This document shows positions 25,801 through 35,500 of a stretch of DNA of 64,000 nucleotides, one piece after another; position 1 is the first letter of the stretch, and every line of letters begins with the position of its first letter. This DNA is from a virus. The notes under the pieces are model-generated. The model was given only the letters and a program-made list of their open reading frames with translations, was not told the origin of the DNA and ran no database searches. The stretch covers positions 32,001 through 96,000 of IMG/VR virus record IMGVR_UViG_3300017917_002762, one strand, 5' to 3'. The translations under genes were made by a program, and so were the position numbers.

Positions 25801-28131
25801 ATTAATTAATTTCTTATATTTATTAATTTCATAATTACCAAGTTCAATATACTTTCTAATATCACCTCTAAGTTGTAAATCTCTTACAGCATTTTTATAT
25901 TTAGTTAATTCAATTTTTTTACGTTTTCTTTCTTCATCAGTTTTATATTTTTTATTTTCAAGAATGTCCATAACACTATTAAGTTTTTTAATGTATTCAG
26001 ATAGTTCTCTATCTTCTGATTTTTCATCTCTTAATGTTACTGGAAGTAAATAATTTTTATTATCTGGTATTTCTGATGTATCAAAATTACCTATTTCAAC
26101 TTTATTAATACCATCTATTGTTCTATTATCTCCTTTTCCTTGATATGCATATATCACTTTAATTGGTATTGCTCTAACAAAACCAAAACTTTTAATATTG
26201 TAATGTGTTTGAAGAATTTTCTTATATTCTTGTAACTGAATTCTATACATTGTTTCTTTGTATGGTTTTAATTCATTTTGATCTTTTGCAATTTCTTGAC
26301 TTTTCCAATCATAAATATGTGCCGTTCCATCAGCAGATATTATTAATAAGTCAATACTACCAGCAACATCTTTAACTGGATCATATATTTTAACCTCACG
26401 CATAAATTTAGCACCAGGTTCATTATAGTTATCAATTAAATCTCTAATAAATTTATCAAATAATCTATATGGTTCTGTTCCTTCATATTTACTTCTTGAT
26501 GCTGCTGGTGAACTACGTACAATATGTGTTGTAGGATCAACATATACATCTATAATATCTTGCATTATTTCATGTATAACATCTCCATATTCTGCTTTAA
26601 GTAAATCTATTTTTTTCTGTGTTTCATTTCTATTATCATTTGGAAACTTTCTTTTTAACCAAGCATCTACATATTTAGATGTTACAGAATACTTAATATC
26701 TTTACCATTAATAGTATATACGTGACGTTTTTGACCTGTTTTAGGATCTACACTATTATCTAATTTAATATCTTTTTGATGTTGTTCTAATTTTTCTGCT
26801 CCTTCTAATTGATAATATTCACCTTGTTCTTGAATGTTTTCAGTTGATAAATCAGAAACATCTGCTTTTAATATTTTTTCAGCTGAAATTTGAAATGCGT
26901 CTGTCTGTGATTTTTTAAATATACTTTTTATAAAGTTCCAAAGTTTATTCCACCAACTATTAAAATCTTTCATTTTAGAAGTTGATTCATTCGTAGTTGA
27001 TTGAGCAACAATATGTTGAGCTATGAGTTTACCTATAGCTTCTTTTTTAAGTTTATTAATATTAAGACTACCATCTTTATTACGGTATTGAGGATCATTT
27101 CTATATAAGTCTATTGTTTCTTTATAGATTTGATATCCTGTTATTTTAGACATCATCTCTTTTAATAGAGGATTATTTTCATCTAACATTTCTACAAAAA
27201 AGTGGGTTGCTTCTTCAGGAAGTGTTGTTATATCTGCTCTACCTTCTATAATATCAATTATTTTATTAAGCATATCTGCTTTAGCTATAGCTGATATTAC
27301 ATTACCTTGTGCATCTTTTATTTCATTTACGGTATTAACAGATACACCAATCTTTTCTAAAAAGTTTTTAACTAAACTATTTATTTCTGCATTTGCTTTT
27401 TCAGTAGATTGAGATTCTTTTTGAAGATATATTTCTTGTTTATTTTCTTTTACTTTATTTTTTGTATTAACAAATTCTTTAAATCCTTCTATATCTTGTT
27501 TAGAACCTAATATGTAAGTATCTTTTGCGTTAAATACAACTACTAATTCTCTTTTACTTTCTTCTAAAAATCCATCATAATTATTATTAATCATCCATCT
27601 TTTATATTCCTCATATTCTTTTCTTGAAGATTCATCTAATAGATTTCCTTTTACAAATACTCTTAAATTAGATAGCCAATTTGGGTAAGGATTTTTAAGA
27701 TTTACTAAAGTTGGATATACAATATTTCCTAATTCATTATTAGAATCTTGAGTTTTTATATAATCTTTATCTTTTGAAAAAAAGATACCCATAGAATTAT
27801 CTGGGCTAGCTTTTTCTTTTTTACTACCTATATATTTATTGTCAAAAGCATCAAATTTATTTGGACTTATATGATAAACAATATCTTTAACTTTACTGGT
27901 TTTAAAAATAGTAGAAAGATACTGCATATATTGAACTTTACTGCCAATATTTGCAAGTTCTGGTGAATCTTTAAATACACTATCAATAGCTTCTATTTTT
28001 CTTTTAAATGAATCTATAACATCTTTGTTTTTACTTATAGATGTAGCAAATTCATTTTTATTATTAATAAAGTATTCTTTGAATTGTTGCTCAGAATACT
28101 GTTTTCCTTTATATGTTATTATACAACTCAT
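22885..28131 (-). CDS. Large virion cargo (polyvalent) protein: ART-like, zincin-like and PD-(D/E)xK nuclease domains plus a C-terminal helical/hydrophobic region
   Basis: KDIVYH..FDAFD..GIFFS..NLKNPY..YDG..E.VVF (ART-PolyVal-like); LPEEATHFF; EYGDVIHE..EVKI..AGSIDLL..IYDWKS..YRIQL. Confidence 0.75.
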   Translation of the reverse strand: MSCIITYKGKQYSEQQFKEYFINNKNEFATSISKNKDVIDSFKRKIEAIDSVFKDSPELANIGSKVQYMQYLSTIFKTSKVKDIVYHISPNKFDAFDNKYIGSKKEKASPDNSMGIFFSKDKDYIKTQDSNNELGNIVYPTLVNLKNPYPNWLSNLRVFVKGNLLDESSRKEYEEYKRWMINNNYDGFLEESKRELVVVFNAKDTYILGSKQDIEGFKEFVNTKNKVKENKQEIYLQKESQSTEKANAEINSLVKNFLEKIGVSVNTVNEIKDAQGNVISAIAKADMLNKIIDIIEGRADITTLPEEATHFFVEMLDENNPLLKEMMSKITGYQIYKETIDLYRNDPQYRNKDGSLNINKLKKEAIGKLIAQHIVAQSTTNESTSKMKDFNSWWNKLWNFIKSIFKKSQTDAFQISAEKILKADVSDLSTENIQEQGEYYQLEGAEKLEQHQKDIKLDNSVDPKTGQKRHVYTINGKDIKYSVTSKYVDAWLKRKFPNDNRNETQKKIDLLKAEYGDVIHEIMQDIIDVYVDPTTHIVRSSPAASRSKYEGTEPYRLFDKFIRDLIDNYNEPGAKFMREVKIYDPVKDVAGSIDLLIISADGTAHIYDWKSQEIAKDQNELKPYKETMYRIQLQEYKKILQTHYNIKSFGFVRAIPIKVIYAYQGKGDNRTIDGINKVEIGNFDTSEIPDNKNYLLPVTLRDEKSEDRELSEYIKKLNSVMDILENKKYKTDEERKRKKIELTKYKNAVRDLQLRGDIRKYIELGNYEINKYKKLINDKKLTEKDALESLEILSVFTNTTRVFNIYMNQLKKYKKETKNQAEIDVIDEIINDYNQMNSTADVVLSDMQEAIKNMVVDFAKEKTGITNLLEGETVVGQITGLFSSLSTIPQKSFRVFSRILSDAQIKRDNQFNKDYEELSSLRKEYIDWARSKGLADKDLFKPLLDYDKNGKWTGKFLKKYNSEFYKLMNEAIQSEDVVWLINNTEFDSEKFEKASKRQKEFYETIVYDSKNEANNKKLQEQAYKNWIEEHDVNLGGLNKNKKAYLNMDNYNGKKVLNTFLKPKSTWKTAQWIELEKSPIAFKTYEYFQNLIKRSNKVGILDEYSPNFIPNLHKNKIEQFVFGGDMFSSKGIFEKLEVENGESPFSPQINPITGEIEHTIPAHFIRDIGVEKEDGSMDYSQKSMDLFKVFGVWAAQLANYESMSEIEDKSRLLLFVEKNKPHIETDRFGNPVFESGVKKEIPGNEVNSKLLSEFINYYLYNKQSGKMEDKKIKIGDKEYSGHKILGWLSRFFSLKTLALNPLSGTANFVGGTGNAFFQASKGILFNTSDWTSSIYDLTKRDEIAYGLLGVADVLLTDMKDSKINKLSISSIIGANTIDKAYFMMHASDKAVQYPIAIALMKNNMVDENGKIVDIKTYVKAKYNYNESFYSLSKSEQNSLRKKIEEEVTKLKETKSIYKIAEIKNDKIEIPGIDLQGEQWGRFRLKIKKVTKSVLGNSTRDDINNIRTGMLGSMAMQFRSWMPQMVQERFGKLKYDQDLEVHTMGKFNLFFQEIFTKRAPNLLSAIISASGTNMVEAAKQKYLLMKAEAIDKGEEFTITEGEFVDMYIGNIKSLYKEFLMILGIGALMFTILGEDDDDDENTGWRAYTGRAFRKYFDEFSFFYSAPSWSNLVNKPLPMVGLAEDFYKFTGASLKQGYGFVTNDEDMLDAAKPAKYLSKMLPIFKEGIQMRAIFDDEFRKDWGIRFNISNR

Positions 28132-28793
28132 ACTTCTTTCCAGATTTTATTATTTTTGATTTGATTTACAGTAGCTCTTGAACAACTAAATAATTCTGCT
28201 ATTTCTTTATCTGTTTTACTACCTACTAAGGATTTAATTTCTCTAACTTGCTCTATTGTAAGTTTAGAATATTTACCTCCATTAGCTTTAGCTTCTTTCA
28301 TTTTTTGTTTCCACTCATCAGTTATAACCCTACCTTTTAAAGAATTACTTATTTTCTGTAAAGTTTCTTCAGAATGAGTGTAATTACTTCTATTTATTTT
28401 TTGACCAGTTCTAGCTTTACTAATATTTAGTTTAGCCTCTTCTGACATTTTATAACCTCTTCTCCTATTTTTAGGAGGTCTTCCTACTGTTTCAGCTAAG
28501 TTTAATTCAGGTTTTAGTTTATCTACAAACCATTGTTCAGCTTTTAATAAATACTCTTGTGGGCATTTAATTAATATTTCAAATCTAAGATTTTCTACCC
28601 CTATTTTTAAACAAAGTCTTTGAAAGTACTTATTAAAATGTTTTTGTTTTAGTATAGCTCTATTATGGGCTTGTAACCTTTCTTGTAAATCATTAGTAGA
28701 ACCAATATAGAATCTACTATCATTATCAAAATAAAGTTTATAAATAGCACAAACTCCTGTATATTGCCCTTTTTGTAAATTTTTTATAAACAT
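28128..28793 (-). CDS. Free-standing GIY-YIG homing endonuclease
   Basis: AIYKL...FYIGSTNDLQERLQAH, NUMOD3 repeats (MSEEAKLNIS, HSEETLQKIS) and a C-terminal HTH; TAATG and ATGA overlaps with both neighbours. Confidence 0.88.
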   Translation of the reverse strand: MFIKNLQKGQYTGVCAIYKLYFDNDSRFYIGSTNDLQERLQAHNRAILKQKHFNKYFQRLCLKIGVENLRFEILIKCPQEYLLKAEQWFVDKLKPELNLAETVGRPPKNRRRGYKMSEEAKLNISKARTGQKINRSNYTHSEETLQKISNSLKGRVITDEWKQKMKEAKANGGKYSKLTIEQVREIKSLVGSKTDKEIAELFSCSRATVNQIKNNKIWKEV

Positions 28794-29941
28794 TATTTAC
28801 TTTTAGTTTTAGTTTGATAATTTAATAAAGCAGCTTTAGTTTCATCTCCTAATATACCATCAAATGAACCATCTTTTTTAATAGACTTTTCAAATTTTAC
28901 ACCTCTATTAGCTAATTCTTTCTGTAAAGCTAATGTATCAAAATTTTTTTTATTTACATCTAATTCAGATAGTTCTTTATCAGAATAGTACATTCTTTTT
29001 TGTTTACCATCACCATAATCTTTTACATAAATTCTATCATATATTTCAAAAGGTTTTCCAAAATCCATTGGAGATAAATCCCATTTATCATAAAAAGAAA
29101 CATATTTTCCTTTCTCATCTTCTCCTGTTGACATTTTGTAATCGCCCATTACATTTTTTTCTTGGTCTGGAACTAATCCTTTTACTCCAACATCAAACCC
29201 TTTAGATGAACCATCTGCACTACCTTTAGATTTTACATAAGCATAATTAATTAAATTTTGAACAAAAGCATCGTTTTGGTTATTAAAAGTGTAGTAATTG
29301 ATATTTTCACTTGAGTTACTTGGTTTATAGTTACTTATTTTAAAAGTGTTGTTTTTTTGAGGAATACCTGAATATAAATTTAAAGCATCTAATTTTTCTT
29401 TATCATAAGGTTTTGGGTCTTTATCTATAGCTTTTCTATTTTCTTCTTTTTTTCCCATAACTCCTGCACTCCAAACTCTTTTTTCTAAGCCTTCATAAGA
29501 ATACGGATATATATTTTCTGCTAAATTTTTATTTAATTTACTTCTATTTTGTATTTGTGAATTAGTCAAACCTGTTTCTTTTAATTGTTGTTGAGGAGTA
29601 CCTTTATAATTAGTATTATATCTTTTATCTTTATATAAAAACTCTTTTTCTCCTTTATTTCTTGCATCTGAATAAGCAGTATTAAAATCTTTTCTATCAC
29701 TATAATCAGTTACTCCCCAATTTTTTGGATTCATCCAACTTGGAAACCAACTTCCGTCTTGTGCATATTGACTTGCAACAGGTAAAGTTTCTACTAAACT
29801 ATCAATACAATCATGACAACCTTCTGATAGTTTTTGTTTAACCCAACTTCTTTTATTTGCAGGAATTATTACTGTATCTCCATGAGAATTTTCAAGTATT
29901 AATTCATTATGTTCTGCTTCTACTTTTATATTTTTATACAT
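28793..29941 (-). CDS. Virion-associated protein with a C-terminal peptidoglycan-binding-like domain
   Basis: N-terminal IKVEAEHNELIL...GCHDCID; C-terminal LALQKEL...DGILGDETKAAL (PG_binding_1-like). Confidence 0.65.
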   Translation of the reverse strand: MYKNIKVEAEHNELILENSHGDTVIIPANKRSWVKQKLSEGCHDCIDSLVETLPVASQYAQDGSWFPSWMNPKNWGVTDYSDRKDFNTAYSDARNKGEKEFLYKDKRYNTNYKGTPQQQLKETGLTNSQIQNRSKLNKNLAENIYPYSYEGLEKRVWSAGVMGKKEENRKAIDKDPKPYDKEKLDALNLYSGIPQKNNTFKISNYKPSNSSENINYYTFNNQNDAFVQNLINYAYVKSKGSADGSSKGFDVGVKGLVPDQEKNVMGDYKMSTGEDEKGKYVSFYDKWDLSPMDFGKPFEIYDRIYVKDYGDGKQKRMYYSDKELSELDVNKKNFDTLALQKELANRGVKFEKSIKKDGSFDGILGDETKAALLNYQTKTKSK

Positions 29942-29945
29942 AATA

Positions 29946-32597
29946 TTAATTTTTAGGAATTACTAATCCATGTTTGGCTGTAAATTCAGTATTACCATTT
30001 CTAATACTTACACCATTTTTACCAATGGTTAAATCTACCCCACCTTCTTTATGTGTGGGATAACCTTTTAAATCTTTTACAAGTTTCCATTTACCACCTT
30101 TAGTAAAGTTAGTTTGTAAACCTTTTTCAGCTTTTAATTTACCTCCACCACAATCTTTTTCTATTTTATTTTCTTGTTCAAGTTGATTTAAAACACTAAT
30201 ATACAAATTATTATCCATTTCTCCAACTTTACTATCAGGAAATATAGTATCAAGATAAGAGCTATAAAGTTGTTGAGCTTGTTGTTTATTTTTTAACTGT
30301 ATTTCAAAATAAGTACCTTTATCAACAGCATAACTTTTATCTAATAAAGATTTCCAAACTCTATTTGCAGCCTCATTAATATCTGCTTTACCAAAAGCTT
30401 CTGATTTTAGTGTCTTACCTTCTTTAGCTAATTGTTCTGCTAAAGCTATATAAACTTTTGTACCAAATCCTTTACCTTGAAATTCTTTTTCTAATTCTAC
30501 TCCAGCCATCCCTATAGAAGATGATATATAGCCTTCGTTATCTACAGAAATAATTCCTGCATATTTACCATCTATTTTAATAGGATAAGATATTGCTTCT
30601 GGATTATCTGGATTAAATCTTGGTTTATCTAGTTGTATTTCAGAAGTATTAATTAACCCTAAAGCTTCATATACAGAATTAGCAAGGTCTTGATTAGATT
30701 CAAATAACTCTTCTACTCCTGGTTTTATTTCTTCTGTAGCTTTATTTTTTTTAGACTGTTGAATTTGAAAGTAAACAAGCCTGTCATTAAAATCAGGAGG
30801 AAGAATAGATTTATCATCGTAATAGTCCCACATTTGATAATCAAATGCATCTTTTGCCCTACCCATCATGTTAAGCTTTTCGTAAAAAGCATAATTAAAA
30901 TGAGCTAAAGAAAGACCAAATTCAGAATCTTCTATTCTTTTATATTGTTCTGAAGACTCTGGACGTAAAAAGAAATCAAACAGATAAATTTGTTTTAGTT
31001 CTTCTTTAGTGAAATTCTCTAAACGCTGATTGAAAGAACCTGTATATGACTTAAATCTATTTTTTAATTCTTGATTTTCACTCCAAATAGCATTGATTGT
31101 AATGTAGAAAGCATTTGCTTTTTCATTATAGAAGGAATATAGAAAGTCAGTTTGAGGAAACTCTTTTTTAAACTCTTGTAAAACTTCTACATTATCAATT
31201 ATTTCATCAATGTTTAATCTAATATTTCCTTTTAATTTATATTTTTTAGCCTCTTGATAATTTCCTTCTGAAACGTACTTGTAATATAATCTACTACTCT
31301 CTAGTTCTTCAGGAGATAAATAATTTGCTTTATTAAGATTAATTTTGTGCACATCAGATGGTACAATATTATCAATATCATGAAGAGCATCTATCTCTGG
31401 TCTATAAGTTGTTCCTTGAAGTCTATAAGCTAATGATCCAGTAATGAGCATTCCTTTTTTAGAGAACCATTGCATAAACTTTAGTGCTTTTCCACCATCT
31501 ATTTTGTTTTGATTTTTTATAGTTTCAGAATAAGATAGTAAGTTGTAATTGGATGTATCTTTCTTTATCCTATCTAACTTATCATAATTCTTATTTAATA
31601 TATCTTTTGCAATAGAATCAACTGTAGTGTTCAAAGAAACATTATCAATTCCTTTAATAAGATTTAGAATATAGTCTATTACTTTTTGAACCTTTGCCCA
31701 AAATTCTGTATCACCTTTTTGAACTTTATAATTTCTAACAAGAGCAATACCAATAGCTTGTCCAATAGCTTCTTTTTTAATTTTATAAATGTCCATATTA
31801 CCTTCTTTGGTAACATATACATTTTTGTAATCTCTTAGCACACGCTGATATCCATCCCATTTATCAATGTTATCAAACATGTATTTGAATAATGGGTTGT
31901 CTGCTTTTTTATTGCTTATACTTCCCAAGAGCTCTACAAACACATGTCCATATTCTTCAGGAAGAGTTAGAAGACTTCTATTTTTAGAATAGTAGATTGT
32001 TTTAGCAAGAACATCAAACACCCCAACAGAATCTACACCAAACTTTTCTTTTAAGTTATCAAGTTCTTCTCTTCTTATTTTAAATCTATCAAAATAATTT
32101 ATAAGAATATTTTCTAGTTCGTTGGATAGAGGTTCATCAATAGCTTTGTAGTATTGTCTGTCTGAATCTTTTACAAACTCTTTTAAATAAGAAGATAGCA
32201 CTTCAGAAACTTTTAACTGTCTTAATGAAGGGTTTTCTTTTACTAACTGAATAAATTGTTTTCTAATATCTGGATCAAGGCCTGCTTTCTTTAGAACATC
32301 ATCTATGTTTTTTTCAGAGCCCATAGAATTGATTGTTTTATTAACAGGTTTTAGCTTTGCCTCAATCTCATTAGCTGAATTGAATATGTTTTTAATTTGA
32401 AACAAATAGTTGTTTGTAAAATCTATTTGAGCTTTTTTAGCATCTTTTTCTTGAACACCTGGTTTAATTTGTGGAGTATATTCACTTTCAGGAACATTAC
32501 CTTTATACTTATCCCATAAGTAATAAGACATATCTTCTCCTCTAGAAGCTACTAATGATTTCCAAGAATCTAAATTTATATTAGGACATGTTGCCAT
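29946..32597 (-). CDS. Polyvalent virion protein: zincin-like, nucleotidyltransferase-like and GNAT domains
   Basis: LPEEYGHVF; ITGSLAYRLQG..HDID (Pol-beta-type GS..DxD); EFQGKGFGTKVY..ANRVWKSL (GNAT motif A). Confidence 0.7.
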   Translation of the reverse strand: MATCPNINLDSWKSLVASRGEDMSYYLWDKYKGNVPESEYTPQIKPGVQEKDAKKAQIDFTNNYLFQIKNIFNSANEIEAKLKPVNKTINSMGSEKNIDDVLKKAGLDPDIRKQFIQLVKENPSLRQLKVSEVLSSYLKEFVKDSDRQYYKAIDEPLSNELENILINYFDRFKIRREELDNLKEKFGVDSVGVFDVLAKTIYYSKNRSLLTLPEEYGHVFVELLGSISNKKADNPLFKYMFDNIDKWDGYQRVLRDYKNVYVTKEGNMDIYKIKKEAIGQAIGIALVRNYKVQKGDTEFWAKVQKVIDYILNLIKGIDNVSLNTTVDSIAKDILNKNYDKLDRIKKDTSNYNLLSYSETIKNQNKIDGGKALKFMQWFSKKGMLITGSLAYRLQGTTYRPEIDALHDIDNIVPSDVHKINLNKANYLSPEELESSRLYYKYVSEGNYQEAKKYKLKGNIRLNIDEIIDNVEVLQEFKKEFPQTDFLYSFYNEKANAFYITINAIWSENQELKNRFKSYTGSFNQRLENFTKEELKQIYLFDFFLRPESSEQYKRIEDSEFGLSLAHFNYAFYEKLNMMGRAKDAFDYQMWDYYDDKSILPPDFNDRLVYFQIQQSKKNKATEEIKPGVEELFESNQDLANSVYEALGLINTSEIQLDKPRFNPDNPEAISYPIKIDGKYAGIISVDNEGYISSSIGMAGVELEKEFQGKGFGTKVYIALAEQLAKEGKTLKSEAFGKADINEAANRVWKSLLDKSYAVDKGTYFEIQLKNKQQAQQLYSSYLDTIFPDSKVGEMDNNLYISVLNQLEQENKIEKDCGGGKLKAEKGLQTNFTKGGKWKLVKDLKGYPTHKEGGVDLTIGKNGVSIRNGNTEFTAKHGLVIPKN

Positions 32598-32598
32598 A

Positions 32599-35500
32599 TT
32601 AACATATTGTTTTTAAAATATTACCAATTTGAAGTGGTGTATAACCCATGCTTTCTAAAAGCTGGGAATTTATTTGTGAAATAGGATAAGAATTACCATC
32701 CATTAATTTTATCTTTCTTTCTTGTTGACCTTCAGCTTCAGTTGTTACACCTTTAGATATAAGACCTGTTTTAGTTTTATCTAATTCTGTTATTAATCCA
32801 AAATTATCATATAATTCTTTTTGTAACCATTCAGCAAATCTTGTTGGCATTTTAGCAAGACCTGTTCCAAAACCTTCTGGAAATACAACTTTTGATTTTC
32901 CAGATTGTTTAATCTTTTGAATTAACTCTGTATTAACAGATTTGAATTCTTCAAAATCAGATTCACTATTAGAATAATCTACATTTTCTCTAGTATTATA
33001 ATCATATTTTTTCTTAGTCACTATAGCATATGCATTTAATTCTGGTCTAATTACAGCGGTACCACCCCCTTCTTTATCAGGAAATGCTGTTAAACTGTAA
33101 GTGTTTTCAGTATAAATATAAGCAATATCTGGATTTTTTCTTACTAATTCTCTAGTATATTTTTCTTTACTTATAGATACAGATTCAAATCCATATCCTT
33201 TTATAGATTTAGGTTGAAGATTTGTATACGCTTCAGCTAAAGCTTCTATAAATTTATTTTTTCCACTTTTAGTTTCCCAAAATTTATCAGTTCCTTTTAC
33301 ATCATGTGTTGATGCATTTATATATTTTAAACCACCTCTATCATTAATGCCTTTAATCAGTTCAGGATGTTGTTTAAGTTTTTCAGTAAGTATATCAACC
33401 ATAAGTTTATAATTAATTTTTATATTAACTTTTTTACTACCTTTTGGTTTAAACTCATTTGATTTAAAAGCTGTTTCATCAAATTCTCCTGATTTCCAAG
33501 TTTGATAAGCATGTTCTGCATTTCTAAAAGTAACATTTCTAAATTTAATAGCTAAATTATTTCCAGGATTAGTTAATTTCTTAGCAAACTCTGAACCAGA
33601 ATAAGATATATTTTCACCACCTTTTTCTGATAATTGTATCATATTAGGAGCAACAGCTGCTTGTGATTGATTTTGAAACATTGGTAAATTTAATGCCATT
33701 TGTTTAAATTGTTCAATTGATGCAAGTTTCATTTCAGTAGAGCTAATTGGTGCTGCTATCATTGGTGTACTTGCTACAGTTTCTGGTGTATAGTTACTTC
33801 TACGTTTATATCCTTCTGCTGTAAGAACATTATTTTTTTCTAAAGATGATTGAACTAAATTATAAATAGAAGTTTCAGTATAATTTCTACCATCACCTAA
33901 TGGAATTAATGGATCATATTGAGCATATTCTTGTCCTTTAATTGTTGTATATCCTGTTCTTTTATAAATCCAATAATCAAATGCTTTATATCCTTTTTTA
34001 AATTTAGACAAATTATTAATATCTTCGCTAGTAACTCCCATTTTAGGTGCAGATTGTATTATAAATTCATAATTAGAATCTGAATAATCTGCATTTAAGA
34101 ATATACTAGCACTATATTTTTGCTTCTTAACAAATTTAGGTTTTTTATTAATATTTCTATCAAACTTATTATTTTGATGAAATTGTTGCCATATTAAATT
34201 AGCATCAAAACTTTCATCAGATGCTTGATATACTGTTAACAATTCATTAATAAATCTACTATATAAATGTGCTGGAAGTACTTTTGTATAGTTAATTGTA
34301 CTATTCTGTAATCCTGATTGAAGTATTGTAAATATAGTAAGATTATTAACAAAACTTTCTAGTTCTACATTACCACTTGCTTTTGCATAATCTAATAAAT
34401 TATTTATTGATTCAATAAGTACATCATTTTTATATGTATCCATTTTATTTCTAAATAATTTAATGTTATCTTGACCATCTACATTATTAGCAAATATAGG
34501 AAGCAATTCTTTAACAATTAAGTTTTGTGATATATTGTAATCAGGAGATTGTTTAAGAGCTAATAATTGATTAGGTAAAGATTCGCTACCACGCATTAAA
34601 ATATCAAACATATCTGATATTCTTGTTTCAACTTCACCATATTTAAACGGTGTATTTTGAATTACATATGCTATAAAGAAATTTTGATATTTATTTATTA
34701 ATAATGATTTATCATCATTTGACATAAATATGTCTCTGTTTTCTAAAAAGTTATAAAGTTTTTCAAATACAGGTAAAGCTTTATCATCAAGTGAAATAAA
34801 CATATCTTTAAACAATGGGAACAGATCTTCTTTTTGTTTTTTCATTTCACCAATAAATGTATTATTAAGAATGCTTTCTGGATTTGCAATAAATCCTCCA
34901 TCTACCATTCTTTCCCATTTAATTTGTTGAAGTTTATTTTCGATAAGAGTTTTTGTTTTTTGATTATCATATCCTATTGAACTAATAAACTCTGTAAGAT
35001 TACTAGATTGATCTTGATATTCTAGATAATCTGAAAGCATTGTTATTTGTAATTCAGCATCTTTTTTTGTAAATTTATACTTAGGATTATTTAAATTTTT
35101 AATAGCATCTTCAAGTTCTTTTATAGAAGGTTTTTTATTTTCTTTTCTTATCCTAGAAATTTCAGAATACAATTTAATTTTTTCAGATTTAAGTGCAACA
35201 TTTATATTTATTATTTCTTGTCTATCTAAATCTTCGTTATTATTAAGTTTGCTTAATAATTCATTAATACTTGAAATTAATTTAGCATTTTCATCACTAA
35301 GCATTCCAAAATATTTAGAAATAGATTCAATATACATATGCTCTCTAAATACGCTATCATTATTAACAGATTTAAATATTGATTTATTAATGTTTTCTAA
35401 ACTCATATATTTTTCAACAGCAGGTTGATTAAATAAATAAGCTATCTCTTTCATTGGAACACCTAACTTCTGTAAATAAAACCATGTTCCAGCTGTATTA

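Noticed and set aside
28128-28793. Second group I intron hosting the structural-region GIY-YIG gene
   Set aside because: No P/Q/R/S elements flank it, and it overlaps complete neighbouring genes at both ends.
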